In this document: positions 1 to 11,261 of the stretch, piece by piece | Layout: each line of letters starts with the position of its first letter | How positions within the stretch are numbered: position 1 is the first letter of the stretch | Assembly (NCBI GenBank): GCA_965206645.1 | Contig: CBDBKE010000002.1 | Coordinates: forward strand, 736,001 to 800,000 | Direction of reading: 5' to 3' | DNA length: 64,000 nt | Source: Terriglobia bacterium | Lineage (GTDB): Bacteria > Acidobacteriota > Terriglobia > JAJPHL01 > JAPKYU01 | Made by a program: the position numbers and the translations under genes | The notes under the pieces: model-generated | Databases searched by the model: none | What the model was told of the DNA's origin: nothing | Seen by the model: only the letters and a program-made list of their open reading frames with translations

Positions 1-44
1 TTGAGAATCCTCACAGGCACGCAGCGGATAGAGAGTAGAGCTTG

Positions 45-866
45 TTATTTCTTGAGGTTGTCGCGAAGCGCGCCGAGGACGTCGGCCGCCGAATGGCGGG
101 GCACTGATTCCACAAGAGGTTTCACCAGCCAGCCCAGACCCAGCGGAATGCTGCGACTGAGGCTGATTGACTCCCACTCAACCACCACACCCCTCCCCTG
201 GCGTTCGGCGAGGCGCCAGTAGCCGTTCGTCTGCCAGAGAAAGCCGCGGCCCTTTCCCGGTGGCTTTTCTTTCTCGGCCGGGGTTCCGGGCGCCTCCAGT
301 TCGGCGATACGAGTCGCCACGCTGCGGCTGCAAGCGCGCCCTGGTCCGAGGATCCGGTAGACAACCGTGTGCTCGGTGTTGTACACGGCCGTGACCACCT
401 TCTTTTTCTTGAGGCGGTAAAAAATCCGGAACGTGTCGCCTTCCCTCGAAATCAGCCGGGATTGCTCCACCTCCCGGAAGAAGCGGTGGTGCTGGTCGTA
501 CGACTGGACAAATTTCAGAACCTCCTCCAGGGTAGCTCCGGAGATGAAGACGCTGCCCTTCCAGTGATGGATCATTCCGCCATCGGCGGTGACCGGTCGG
601 CCGTTCTTGTCCACCGTGCGCATTCGGACGACCTGTACGTCGCCGTTGCCCACCTTCTCTAAATCCTCCCACGTCTCCCGGGCAAGTTCCCGCTCGACGC
701 GTTCTTCCGTCAGGCGCACATACTTCTGCCAGCTATCCAGGGTCTTACGCTGCAGAGTAGCCGCCGATACACCGGGGGCAACGAGGAACAATATGCCCAA
801 AACACCTGCGAGCGGGTTCCCCTGACTTAGAACCGCCTGCAACGACGGGCAACGGATAGCCATCAT
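45..866 (-). CDS. Secreted conserved hypothetical protein (possible START/SRPBCC-like fold)
   Basis: 273-aa ORF with hydrophobic N-terminus ending VSA-A; GGMIHHWKGSVFI and VQSYDQH segments resemble a protein family I recall from Acidobacteria; fold is inferred. Confidence 0.65.
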   Translation of the reverse strand: MMAIRCPSLQAVLSQGNPLAGVLGILFLVAPGVSAATLQRKTLDSWQKYVRLTEERVERELARETWEDLEKVGNGDVQVVRMRTVDKNGRPVTADGGMIHHWKGSVFISGATLEEVLKFVQSYDQHHRFFREVEQSRLISREGDTFRIFYRLKKKKVVTAVYNTEHTVVYRILGPGRACSRSVATRIAELEAPGTPAEKEKPPGKGRGFLWQTNGYWRLAERQGRGVVVEWESISLSRSIPLGLGWLVKPLVESVPRHSAADVLGALRDNLKK

Positions 867-1136
867 TGGAAGATAAACTTATAACAGAGTGAATCCCGAA
901 GAGCGAACCATCTGTCCGAGAGGTGGGCAGGGGGCGTGAACGGGATCTGGACTCCACGGCCGATTTTTCCGATGCCGCTCAGAAGCGGCCATGGCGAGAT
1001 GAGCTTGAGACGCCGATGCTGCTGGCGTATGCTTTCGGGCGAAGGGAGAAATGAAAATCGGAAATTCCGGTTGGGTCCTCCTCGATGGCTCCAGAACGGG
1101 AGGGGCGAAGGCAACTGGCAATCGTGGGATTACGTC

Positions 1137-1934
1137 ATGCTGACTCCTGAAGGACGGAAGGGCGCATTTCGGCTGTCGGTGTGCGCGGAATGGGTTTACC
1201 TCAGTCTCCCCGTCGTCGAGCGCGCGAAAAAATTGAATCAGGCAGGATTTCTAGCCGAGTTCTGGACGCTGGCGAGCCCTGACATCGACGCATTGGCAAA
1301 GGCAGAAACCCGGGTTAGCACGATCGCAGTACCCACTGAGGGGAGCATGGTGCATCCGGATGGGGTGGAACCTTTGCTCGCGAGTCTGCGCCAAGACTTG
1401 CTTATCGCTGAGAAGCTCCGCTGCAGCGAGTTCGTATTGTCGCTGGGAGTGCTCGGCCCAAACGGAGAGGTCATTCATGCGATCGCCGACCATCCGGCGA
1501 CTAGGTGGATCACTGCCTATAAGACACTGTGCCGGATCGCCGAACTAGCGGAAAAGCACAATGTAATTTACAACCTCGAGCCGTTGAACACGAAAATCGA
1601 CCACCCCGGCTACATGATTTCGCGGATCGGAGATGCAGTGCGATTGATTGAACAGGTGGGTAGTCCCCGCGTCAAGATCCTCTTCGATATCTACCACCAG
1701 CAGATAGAGGAGGGAAACACAATTCAACTAATCCGGGACTACCATCCTTATATCGGCTATATCCACGTCGCGGATGTGCCGGGCCGGCATGAGCCGGGCA
1801 CCGGTGAAATCAATTACCCTAAGGTGGCAGAGGCCCTTCGTGAGGTTGGATACGAAGGAGTAGTCGGGCTGGAAGCGATTCCACTGGTTGATGATGAACA
1901 AGCTCTGGCCCGTTTCCGCGAGCTGTTTGGATAA
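1137..1934 (+). CDS. Hydroxypyruvate isomerase-like / AP-endonuclease-2 TIM barrel protein
   Basis: LEPLN..DHPGY, LFDIYHQQIEEGN and HVADVPGRHEPGTGEINY motifs; start moved from 936 to ATG 1137 (uncertain). Confidence 0.85.
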   Translation: MLTPEGRKGAFRLSVCAEWVYLSLPVVERAKKLNQAGFLAEFWTLASPDIDALAKAETRVSTIAVPTEGSMVHPDGVEPLLASLRQDLLIAEKLRCSEFVLSLGVLGPNGEVIHAIADHPATRWITAYKTLCRIAELAEKHNVIYNLEPLNTKIDHPGYMISRIGDAVRLIEQVGSPRVKILFDIYHQQIEEGNTIQLIRDYHPYIGYIHVADVPGRHEPGTGEINYPKVAEALREVGYEGVVGLEAIPLVDDEQALARFRELFG

Positions 1935-2110
1935 GCGGAGAACCACTTGTCTCCCGCAAGGGTTGGTTGAATTGCCCCCAGGGGAAGGCCGGCACTGCTG
2001 CAAACTTGAAGCTTGGCCCCCGCGAGATGGGAATCGTCTGTAAGGGAAAGGGCACCAAGCTGGGACGGACCAGGCCTACGGACCAGGATTGTCCCCGGCG
2101 GCATCTTGCC

Positions 2111-4867
2111 GTGCGAGATTCCGTTTGGTTGGGTCGGGACTTGTTGGTCGTGCTGTGCTGTGTGCTTCTGCTCTCCCCTTGGTCCCTGGCACGGGCCGCC
2201 CAGCCCTGTCCCGAACAAACCACCCACGCACGCGCGAGAAAGGCCGAAACGACAGTCCCCAAGCAGACAGCCCGGGGGGTCAACCCGGCCCCGAGCCCGG
2301 GCGATGCCCAGCCACCCGAACCAGAAACCTCGTCGGAAAACCTCGACAGGGGTGCTCCCGAGACCTCGGCTGAGCGAACGACCGTTAACCTCCTTGGGGA
2401 GGTGGATACGTTGGCGGGCGAGGCCCGCAGAAACGAAAATGTTTCCATCTTTCTCATTGACAACAACGTGCTCAAGGAACTGAACGTGAGGATGGGGACG
2501 ACGGCCACCATCATCCATGAATTTCGGGTCGATCATGACTATTTCGGAAGCGAATTCGGAGGGCCCCCGAAGGCGCCGCTGCATCTGCCGCCTTCGAGGG
2601 TCCGGCGCGTTCACGGCGACTTTTATTGGAGCCACAACAACAGCATTTTCAGCGCTCGGTCGTTCTTTCAAGTCGGAGACGTGCAACCGGCTCGCAGCAA
2701 CGATTACGGATTCTCCCTCGGCATTCCGCTTTGGGAGGGGGCCAGCCTGACGGTCAACGCCAGCCAGCGAAAGCTACGCGGCCAGGTCAACGGGAATGTC
2801 CTTGTGCCAAAAGCAGACGAGCGGACCTCGCTCTCCAATGACCCCGCCACCCGCGCCATGGTCGAGAGGATCCTGGCAGCCTATCCCGACGAACTGCCCA
2901 ATCGAACTGACAGGAACCCACGCCTCCTCAACACCAATGCCCCGCAGACGATCGACAACGATCGAGTGGGGGGAGTGCTCGACCAAGCCTGGGGCGACAA
3001 GGACCGTCTCTCTCTGCGTTACAACTTGATTTCCCAAAACGTAGAAGCCTTCCAGCTTGTCGGCGGCCAGAACCCCGACACGACCACCAAGAACCACCGG
3101 GCGCGCATCACCTGGAATCGCACTTGGACGCCGAGCACCACCACGGATTTCTCGATTGGCTTCGACCGCATCGGATCGCTGTTGGTTCCTGAGGAGACCT
3201 CGATCGGACCCTCGATCTGGGCAGGTGGTGCGCTTCAATTCCTTGGGCCTACGTCGCGAGTCCCGATCGATCGGGCCCAGAACGCGTTCCGCTACGCCGG
3301 GCGGGTACAGCAGAATCGTGGCCGACACACCTGGTACGCTGGCTTTCAGTTACTACGACGGCAGATCAACGGTGTAGAAAGCTGGAGACACCGCGGCCTT
3401 TTTAGCTTTGGAAACGATTTCGGTCGCGACCAGATTGAAAACCTTCGCATGGGTACGCCCAGCAGTTACACCGTCGCGCTGGGCAACGTTCATCGCGGGT
3501 TCCGGAACTGGGACATGGAGTACTTTGTGGGAGAGGCTTGGCGGGTCAATAGGAAGCTGACGCTCAATCTGGGTCTGCGGTATCAGCCGGTGACGAAGCC
3601 GTCGGAGGTGAACGGTCTGAGTAACATTCCCTACGATTGCGACTGCAACAACTGGGCTCCGCGTTTCGGCTTTGCCTACCGTTTGAGCGATCGCTGGGGC
3701 GTATTGCGGGCCGCCTATGGGGTGCAGTACGGCGAGATTTTCCCGGTTACGTTCGGGCAAGCGCGGTTCAACCCACCCACGAATCTGCTCGTCTCAGTCG
3801 ACGTTCCCGACTTGATCGACCCCTTGAAGGATTTGCAGCCATCCGATCTAGACCCCACCGCGCGAAGTTCGATCTTTCAACTCGATCCAAACTTGGTCTC
3901 TCCCTATTCGCACCAATACAATTTCAGTTGGGAGTTGCGCTTCGCAAGGGAGTGGAAGTTGTCCCTTGGATACGTGGGCAGCCGCTCCCACCGGCTTCTG
4001 ACCACGTGGTCTTTGAACCGCGCCCGTCTGGTGGATGGCATTCCGCAAACAACGAGCACGATCAACGAACGGAGACCCGACCAGCGGTTCTTCGAGGTAA
4101 GGCGTATTCTGAACGGGTCCCGTGGGTATTTCGACGCCGGGAAGGTCAGGTTTACCTTACCCCATTGGAGGGGTTTGACGCTCGACGCCTCCTATTGGTT
4201 TAGCAAAGCGATCGACCTGGGGGCTGGTTACACCAGCACAGGCTCGAATGCGTTCCGATCGCGAAGCCCAAGTGGATTTGACTACCAGGGAGAGATGAAA
4301 GGCCTCAGCTCTTTCGATCAACCCCACGCGTTGTTGTGGCGCGTAAACTATGAAACTCCACCTCGCCCGATGCAAAGCGGCTGGATTGGTAGAATCCTGG
4401 GCCAGTGGCAGATTAGTTCCATCATTCTACTGAAGTCTGGCACTCCGTTTCGAGTGAGAACGGGCTCCGACGCACCCGGCTTCGGGAATGTAGACGGTGC
4501 CGGCAACGACAATCCGATTCTGCTGGATCCCTCAATTCTTGGCCGCACCATCGATAGCCCGGACACCTCCCAAGAGATGCTACCACCGTCGGCTTTCTCG
4601 TTCATCGAACCCACCGACCTCCGGGGCAACTTGGGTCGTAACACGTTTCGCAAGGACGGCATCTGGAACGTCAACGCTGGACTCTCGCGGCGATGGTCGT
4701 TGGGTGGGGACAAGTCGCTACTGTTCCGGGCCGAGTCCATCAACTTCCTCAACCACCCGCAGTTCTCCGCACCGGGCCGCCAACTCGCGACTGATCATTT
4801 TGGCCAGATCACTCGCACCCTTAACGACGGCCGCGCGTTCAGGTTCACTATGAGGTTTTCGTTTTAG
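2111..4867 (+). CDS. TonB-dependent receptor-like outer-membrane beta-barrel (Oar-like)
   Basis: WRVNRKLTLNLGLRY, NNWAPRFGFAY, FRAESINFLNHPQF and C-terminal MRFSF; signal peptide after GTG 2111 (ORF open from 1967). Confidence 0.85.
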   Translation: MRDSVWLGRDLLVVLCCVLLLSPWSLARAAQPCPEQTTHARARKAETTVPKQTARGVNPAPSPGDAQPPEPETSSENLDRGAPETSAERTTVNLLGEVDTLAGEARRNENVSIFLIDNNVLKELNVRMGTTATIIHEFRVDHDYFGSEFGGPPKAPLHLPPSRVRRVHGDFYWSHNNSIFSARSFFQVGDVQPARSNDYGFSLGIPLWEGASLTVNASQRKLRGQVNGNVLVPKADERTSLSNDPATRAMVERILAAYPDELPNRTDRNPRLLNTNAPQTIDNDRVGGVLDQAWGDKDRLSLRYNLISQNVEAFQLVGGQNPDTTTKNHRARITWNRTWTPSTTTDFSIGFDRIGSLLVPEETSIGPSIWAGGALQFLGPTSRVPIDRAQNAFRYAGRVQQNRGRHTWYAGFQLLRRQINGVESWRHRGLFSFGNDFGRDQIENLRMGTPSSYTVALGNVHRGFRNWDMEYFVGEAWRVNRKLTLNLGLRYQPVTKPSEVNGLSNIPYDCDCNNWAPRFGFAYRLSDRWGVLRAAYGVQYGEIFPVTFGQARFNPPTNLLVSVDVPDLIDPLKDLQPSDLDPTARSSIFQLDPNLVSPYSHQYNFSWELRFAREWKLSLGYVGSRSHRLLTTWSLNRARLVDGIPQTTSTINERRPDQRFFEVRRILNGSRGYFDAGKVRFTLPHWRGLTLDASYWFSKAIDLGAGYTSTGSNAFRSRSPSGFDYQGEMKGLSSFDQPHALLWRVNYETPPRPMQSGWIGRILGQWQISSIILLKSGTPFRVRTGSDAPGFGNVDGAGNDNPILLDPSILGRTIDSPDTSQEMLPPSAFSFIEPTDLRGNLGRNTFRKDGIWNVNAGLSRRWSLGGDKSLLFRAESINFLNHPQFSAPGRQLATDHFGQITRTLNDGRAFRFTMRFSF

Positions 4868-4910
4868 CCCGAGCGAAACGCCTGAACCGAGGCCTGCGTG
4901 AGTCACCGCG

Positions 4911-4960
4911 AGGCACCACGAGGCACAAAGAGGCACAAAGAGGCACAAAGAGGCACAAAG
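4911..4960 (+). repeat. Tandem decamer repeat (AGGCACAAAG)x4 plus one degenerate unit
   Basis: Four perfect units at 4921-4960 preceded by AGGCACCACG; abuts the copA ATG. Confidence 0.95.
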
Positions 4961-7234
4961 ATGACGAATGATCCCCCCGCTGCCGCACCACCGCTGGCAG
5001 CTGAAGTTCAAACCTACACCTGCCCCATGCACCCTGAGGTGCGCCAGCCACACCCGGGTGCCTGCCCCGACTGCGGGATGGCGATGGAGCCCTCGCTTCC
5101 CTTGGCGCCGGCCACAAAGACGGAGTACGTCTGCCCGATGCACCCGGAAGTCGTCCGCCAGGAGCCGGGCCCCTGCCCCATTTGCGGCATGGCCCTGGAG
5201 CGGCGGACGGTGACGGCGGAGGAAGAGGCGAACCCCGAACTGGTAGATATGAGCCGGCGGTTTTGGGTCAGCCTAGTCCTGGCAGCTCCGCTGCTTGTGG
5301 TGGCCATGTGGGAGATGGTGGCGGGCCGGCCGCTGCCTCTGGGTCTCTCCCCTAGAGCTTCGACCTGGCTGCAGATGGCGCTGGCTACGCCGGTGGTCTT
5401 GTGGGGCGGCTGGCCCTTCTTTCAGCGCGGCTGGGCCTCCATCGTCACACGCAGCTTGAACATGTTCACGCTGATCGCCGTCGGCGTCGGCGTAGCCTAC
5501 ACCTACAGCATATTCGCGACGCTGTTCCCGAACATCTTCCCGGCCTCGTTCCGCCTCCACGGTGGCGCGCCCGCAGTCTACTCCGAAGCTGCTGCGATCA
5601 TCACGGCCCTGGTGCTGCTGGGCCAGGTGCTGGAGTTGCGTGCCCGTAGCCGCACCAGCAGTGCCATCCGGGCGCTTCTGCGCCTGGCGCCAGCGACAGC
5701 CCGTCTTGTGCGGGACGACGGCACCGAACAGGACGTGCCGCTGCAGCGCGTTCGGCCCGGCGACCGGCTGCGCGTCCGCCCCGGAGAGAAGGTGCCCGTG
5801 GACGGAGCGGTGCTCGAAGGCAACAGTGCGGTGGACGAGTCCATGGTGACTGGCGAACCCATTCCCGTGGAGAAGACCGCAGGCAGCCGCGTCACCGCCG
5901 GCACGGTCAACGGCACCGGGATGTTCTTGATGCAGGCCGAGCACGTGGGCAGCGAAACGCTGCTGGCACGTATCGTGCGCCTGGTCAGCGAAGCCCAGCG
6001 TAGCCGCGCTCCCATCCAGCGGCTGGCTGATGTGGTCGCCTCCTACTTCGTGCCGGCGGTGGTCGCTGTCGCCGCCGTCACCTTCGTGGTCTGGGGCTTG
6101 ATCGGCCCGCAACCGCGCTTGGCCTATGCCATTGTCAACGCCGTGGCCGTGCTGATCATCGCCTGCCCTTGCGCACTGGGACTGGCGACGCCCATGTCCA
6201 TCATGGTCGGGACCGGGCGCGGCGCCACCACGGGCGTGCTGATCAAGAACGCCGAGGCGTTGGAGATTCTGGAGAAAGTGGACACGCTGGTGGTGGACAA
6301 GACCGGTACGCTCACTGAGGGCAAGCCTCGCCTCGACGCGGTGGTAGCTCTGCCTGAGCAGAACGAGTCGGAACTGCTGCGCCTGGCCGCGAGCCTGGAA
6401 CGAGCCAGCGAGCATCCGCTGGCGGCGGCGATCGTCGCTGCGGCCCAGGAAAAGGGCCTCGAACTCCGCCCGGTCAAAGAGTTCCGCTCCTTGACCGGAA
6501 AGGGCGTGCTGGGCACCGTGGAAGGCCGCAGCGTGGCTCTGGGCAACCGCAAGCTGCTGGAAGAACTGGGCCTGGACCTGGCCGCACTGCAACAACGAGC
6601 GGAGGAATTGAGGCGCGAGGGCGCCACGGTGGTCTTCGTGGCCGTGGACGGTCGCCTTGCCGGGTTGCTGGCCGTCGCCGATCCGATCAAGCAGTCCACT
6701 TACGAGGCCATCGAGATGCTGCGCCAGGACGGGGTCCGCATCTTCATGCTCACCGGAGACAACTCCACGACGGCCGCCGACGTGGCCCGCAAGCTGGGCA
6801 TCGAGGAAGTGGCCGCCGAGGTGTTGCCCGAGCAGAAACACGAGGTAGTGCGGCGACTGCAGGCCGAAGGCCGCGTGGTGGCCATGGCCGGCGACGGCAT
6901 CAACGACGCGCCTGCGCTGGCGCTGGCACAGGTGGGCATCGCTATGGGCACCGGCACGGATGTCGCTATGGAAAGCGCCGGGGTGACGCTTGTGAAGGGA
7001 GACCTGCGCGGCATTGCCCGTGCCCGCCGGCTCAGCCGCGGCACCATGCGCAACATCCGGCAGAACCTATTCTTCGCCTTTATCTATAACTCGCTGGGTG
7101 TGCCGATCGCCGCCGGCGTGCTCTATCCCGTCTTCGGCCTGCTGCTCAGTCCCATCATCGCCGCCGCCGCCATGACCTTCAGCTCGGTCTCGGTGATTGC
7201 CAACGCCCTGCGTCTGCGTCACCTTGCTTTGTGA
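4961..7234 (+). CDS. copA: Copper-translocating P1B-type ATPase with two N-terminal CPMHPEV metal-binding domains
   Basis: YTCPMHPEV and [39 protein letters not shown] and MxxSS motifs. Confidence 0.95.
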   Translation: MTNDPPAAAPPLAAEVQTYTCPMHPEVRQPHPGACPDCGMAMEPSLPLAPATKTEYVCPMHPEVVRQEPGPCPICGMALERRTVTAEEEANPELVDMSRRFWVSLVLAAPLLVVAMWEMVAGRPLPLGLSPRASTWLQMALATPVVLWGGWPFFQRGWASIVTRSLNMFTLIAVGVGVAYTYSIFATLFPNIFPASFRLHGGAPAVYSEAAAIITALVLLGQVLELRARSRTSSAIRALLRLAPATARLVRDDGTEQDVPLQRVRPGDRLRVRPGEKVPVDGAVLEGNSAVDESMVTGEPIPVEKTAGSRVTAGTVNGTGMFLMQAEHVGSETLLARIVRLVSEAQRSRAPIQRLADVVASYFVPAVVAVAAVTFVVWGLIGPQPRLAYAIVNAVAVLIIACPCALGLATPMSIMVGTGRGATTGVLIKNAEALEILEKVDTLVVDKTGTLTEGKPRLDAVVALPEQNESELLRLAASLERASEHPLAAAIVAAAQEKGLELRPVKEFRSLTGKGVLGTVEGRSVALGNRKLLEELGLDLAALQQRAEELRREGATVVFVAVDGRLAGLLAVADPIKQSTYEAIEMLRQDGVRIFMLTGDNSTTAADVARKLGIEEVAAEVLPEQKHEVVRRLQAEGRVVAMAGDGINDAPALALAQVGIAMGTGTDVAMESAGVTLVKGDLRGIARARRLSRGTMRNIRQNLFFAFIYNSLGVPIAAGVLYPVFGLLLSPIIAAAAMTFSSVSVIANALRLRHLAL

Positions 7235-7272
7235 GGGCTTTATGAGGGGCTTCTGAGGCGCCTTGTGAGGCT
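7226..7272 (+). repeat. Degenerate 11-12 nt tandem repeat of the copA stop region
   Basis: CTT(T)nTGAGG units with TGA at 7232, 7243, 7254 and 7266. Confidence 0.7.
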
Positions 7273-7293
7273 GTCCCCATTCCCCGAGGCCAG

Positions 7294-8334
7294 TCAGCGC
7301 CCGTCGGTAACGAAGCTGGAGGCTGCGAACCCACTGCGGTAGCTGGCGGCCAGTGTGCGCACCTCGCGCCCGGTGGCGACCTCCCACAGTTTGATCGTCT
7401 TGTCCTCGCTGCCTGAAACCAGCCAGCGCCCGTCGGGGCTAAAGGCGACACCATTGACCGAGCCGGTGTGGCCGGCCAGTGTGCGCACCTCGCGCCCCGT
7501 GGCTACCTCCCACAGCTTGACCGTCTCGTCCTCGTTCGCCGAGGCCAGCCAGCGCCCGTCGGGACTGAAGGCAACGGCTCCGACCCAGCCGCGGTGGCCG
7601 GCCAGTGTGCGCACCTCGTGCCCCGTGGCTGCTTCCAACAGCACCGTCCTGCGCCAGGTCCCCGTGGCCAGCCAGCGACCGTCGGGACTGAAGGCGATGC
7701 ACATGCGACGGCCCGGCTGCTTGCGCACCTCGCGCCCCGTAGCTACCTCCCACAGCCTGATGCTCTCGTCGTCGTTCGCCGAGGCCAGCGAGCGCCCGTC
7801 GGGACTAAAGGCGACACCATTGACCGAGCCGGTGTGGCCGGCCAACGTGCGCACCTCGCGCCCCGTGGCGACCTCCCACAACTTGATCGTCCCATCCCAG
7901 CTGCCTGAGGCCAGCCAGCGTCCGTCAGGACTGAAAGCGGCGGCTCCGACCCAGCTGCTGTGGCCGGCCAGCGTGCGTACCTCACGCCCCGTCGCTACCT
8001 CCCACAGCTTGACCGTCTGGTCCCAGCTTCCCGAGGCCAGCCAGCGCCCGTCGGGGCTGAAGGCGACGGCTTCAACCGAGTTGCTGTGGCCGGCCAGCGT
8101 GCGCACCGCGCGCCCCGTGGCTGCCTCCCACAGCTTAACCGTCTGGTCCGAGCTTCCGGAAGCCAGCCAGCGCCCGTCGGGGCTGAAGGCGACATCATTG
8201 ACTGCCCTTGTGTGGCCGCTCTGAGGGACGGGTTCAGGTTGAGGGCGCGCAGGACCATCGGCGCGAGTTTGGGTGAAACCCGCGGCCAGCCCGAGGCCGA
8301 CCAGCAGAAGCATCGCTATCAGAAGACGCTGCAC
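7294..8334 (-). CDS. Secreted WD40-repeat protein (7 repeats)
   Basis: Signal peptide then seven GH..V..VAFSPDGRWLAS...D.TVKLWE repeats; GTG 8334 preceded by GAGG. Confidence 0.9.
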   Translation of the reverse strand: MQRLLIAMLLLVGLGLAAGFTQTRADGPARPQPEPVPQSGHTRAVNDVAFSPDGRWLASGSSDQTVKLWEAATGRAVRTLAGHSNSVEAVAFSPDGRWLASGSWDQTVKLWEVATGREVRTLAGHSSWVGAAAFSPDGRWLASGSWDGTIKLWEVATGREVRTLAGHTGSVNGVAFSPDGRSLASANDDESIRLWEVATGREVRKQPGRRMCIAFSPDGRWLATGTWRRTVLLEAATGHEVRTLAGHRGWVGAVAFSPDGRWLASANEDETVKLWEVATGREVRTLAGHTGSVNGVAFSPDGRWLVSGSEDKTIKLWEVATGREVRTLAASYRSGFAASSFVTDGR

Positions 8335-8429
8335 GATAGAAACCTCACTTTCTGCGCATTCTATCATCGCAAAGGAATCGGCAAAGTTACAGGTTTGGGG
8401 TTCGTCTTTTGACCAATACCGGCATCATT

Positions 8430-8493
8430 GCAACTCAGACCATGGGCAACTCAGACCATGGGCAACTCAGCCCCTGGGCAACTCAGACCTGGA
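8430..8493. repeat. 16-nt tandem repeat x4 (GCAACTCAGACCATGG) overlapping the mqnE stop
   Basis: Units begin at 8430, 8446, 8462 and 8478; the last contains the mqnE TGA. Confidence 0.9.
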
Positions 8494-9604
8494 CGGTGAG
8501 GGTGGCTTCGGTGCGGGTAACGGGCCGGTAGAGGGTGTCGCGTTCAACCGGCTCGCGGCCAGCGTCGCCGATCAGGCGCAGCAATTCGGCCCGGGTGAGC
8601 GACTGGGCGGTAGTAGCCCCGGCATCATGGTAAATCTTTTCTTCAATGACCGTGCCATCAATGTCGTCGGCGCCGAAACGCAGCGCCACCTGGGCCACCC
8701 GCGGCGTCATCATGATCCAGTAGGCCTTGACGTGAGGGAAATTGTCGAGCAGCAGCCGGCCGACGGCGATGTTCTTCAGGTCGGCAAAACCGGTGGTCGA
8801 GGGCAGAAACTCCAGCGCCGTATGGGCCGGGTGGAAGGCCAGAGGGATGTAGGTCATGAAGCCGCCGGTCTCATCCTGCAACTCGCGCAGCCGCACGAGG
8901 TGATCGACGCGGTCTTCGTCATCCTCCAGGTGGCCGTAGAGCATGGTGGCGTTGGAGCGTAGCCCGATCTGGTGGGCGATGCGCGCTGTCTCCAGCCACT
9001 CCTCGCCGCTGATCTTGTGGGCGGCGATGACTTCGCGGACGCGGCGGTGAAAGATTTCAGCGCCGCCGCCCGGCAGCGAGCCCACCCCGGCCTCTTTTAA
9101 CTTCTCCAGCGTCTCCCGGGTCGAGAGCCGGGCGCGGCGGGCCAGGTATCCCACTTCCACCATCGTAAACGCCTTCAGGTGCACAGTGGGGAAGCGCTCG
9201 CGCAGCCCTCGGATCAGGTCCAGGAACCACTCCAGCGGCAGATCCGGGTGCAGCCCTCCCACGATGTGGAACTCGGTGACCGCCTCCGTATAGCCGGTGG
9301 CCGCGATGCGCCAGGCTTCCTCCAGCGACATGGTGTAAGCGCCGGGTGCGTTCTTCTTCCGCCCAAAGGCGCACAGCTTGCAACTGGCCACGCAGACGTT
9401 GGTGGGGTTGATATGCCGGTTGACGTTGAAGTAGGTGACCTTGCCGTGCAGTTTCTCCCGGACGTGATTGGCCAGGTAGCCCAGCGCCAGTAGGTCCGCC
9501 GAGCCAAAAAGCGTCAAGCCATCCTGGAATGAGAGCCGCTGGCCAGAGAGCACTCTTTCAGCGATCGGCCGAAGGCGCGGGTCTTCGATAATGTTCAGGT
9601 CCAT
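8483..9604 (-). CDS. mqnE: Aminofutalosine synthase (radical SAM)
   Basis: NRHINPTNVCVASCKLCAF, EFHIVGGLHP, PGGGAEIF, HVKAYWIM and DGTVIEEKIYHDAGA. Confidence 0.93.
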   Translation of the reverse strand: MDLNIIEDPRLRPIAERVLSGQRLSFQDGLTLFGSADLLALGYLANHVREKLHGKVTYFNVNRHINPTNVCVASCKLCAFGRKKNAPGAYTMSLEEAWRIAATGYTEAVTEFHIVGGLHPDLPLEWFLDLIRGLRERFPTVHLKAFTMVEVGYLARRARLSTRETLEKLKEAGVGSLPGGGAEIFHRRVREVIAAHKISGEEWLETARIAHQIGLRSNATMLYGHLEDDEDRVDHLVRLRELQDETGGFMTYIPLAFHPAHTALEFLPSTTGFADLKNIAVGRLLLDNFPHVKAYWIMMTPRVAQVALRFGADDIDGTVIEEKIYHDAGATTAQSLTRAELLRLIGDAGREPVERDTLYRPVTRTEATLTVQV

Positions 9605-9651
9605 TTTTTGCCCGGCTGTTTTGCCCGGCTTTCTCTTAGCTATTTGCTTTT

Positions 9652-10515
<864 letters not shown>

Positions 10516-10618
10516 CGGCCTGGACATCAGCATAGCCGACCCGCCGCTCTGTGTCATGCCCAGCCAGTGCTAGCCAGCCGAAGATTACTAAGGCCTGTTG
10601 CACTGAGCATAAGGGGCC

Positions 10619-10650
10619 AAAAAAATCCTGGCTCCCACGAGGGAGCCGGG
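10619..10650 (-). terminator. Intrinsic terminator
   Basis: Minus-strand stem-loop GGCTCCC-TCGT-GGGAGCC followed by AGGATTTTTTT. Confidence 0.75.
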
Positions 10651-10691
10651 CTCTGAGCGGAGGTCAGCCAGGGTTATTCGTAGCCCCGGGG

Positions 10692-10838
10692 TTATTCGTA
10701 GCCAAAGACGGGATACTTGCGGGTGGAGGTCGGCTGCTGCGCCGGAGGCGTCTCGCTCTGCGCCGGACGCTGTTCGTCGGGTAGGACCGTTGGTCCTTCC
10801 CCTGGCGTCGGAACCGACTGTGGCACCTGCTCCTTCAT
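10692..10838 (-). CDS. Small 48-aa Pro/Gln-rich protein ending RKYPVFGYE (not in ORF track)
   Basis: ATG preceded by AGAGGAAGAG; same strand as neighbours; followed by a terminator. Confidence 0.55.
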   Translation of the reverse strand: MKEQVPQSVPTPGEGPTVLPDEQRPAQSETPPAQQPTSTRKYPVFGYE

Positions 10839-10912
10839 CTCTTCCTCTGAGCCCCAGAGTACTCGCGGGCACCAGTCTCTACAAGATGTTTTTATTACGC
10901 TGATAATTCGGG

Positions 10913-11239
10913 TTATTGCTGGGGCGCGGAGGGCGGAAGCTCACGCAAGAGTTGTTCGATGTCCTTGATGACCTGCAGGTCGCTCTTCTCGGTGGCGACT
11001 TTCTTACCTTGGATCAAAACCGGACGGGCTTTCTCCGACTGGCCAAGGCGCATCAGGCAGCGGGCCAGTTCGCGGTAGGCCACGGAATAGCTGGGCTGCG
11101 TCTGGATGGTCTGTTCGAACGCCGCTATCGCTTCGGCGTACTGTTCCCCGCGCAGATACTCCATCCCCAGCCCGTAGCGCAACATGTGGTCGTTCGGATC
11201 CTCCTTGAGCAGTTCCAGCAGTTCTTCTACGCTTGGCAT
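10913..11239 (-). CDS. Small tetratricopeptide-repeat protein
   Basis: DPNDHMLRYGLGMEY..GEQYAEAI and PSYSVAYRELARC TPR-like helices. Confidence 0.8.
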   Translation of the reverse strand: MPSVEELLELLKEDPNDHMLRYGLGMEYLRGEQYAEAIAAFEQTIQTQPSYSVAYRELARCLMRLGQSEKARPVLIQGKKVATEKSDLQVIKDIEQLLRELPPSAPQQ

Positions 11240-11261
11240 GAGACCGATGCGGACTGGCAAC

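Noticed and set aside
8430-8493. CRISPR array
   Set aside because: 16-nt contiguous units with no spacers and no cas genes
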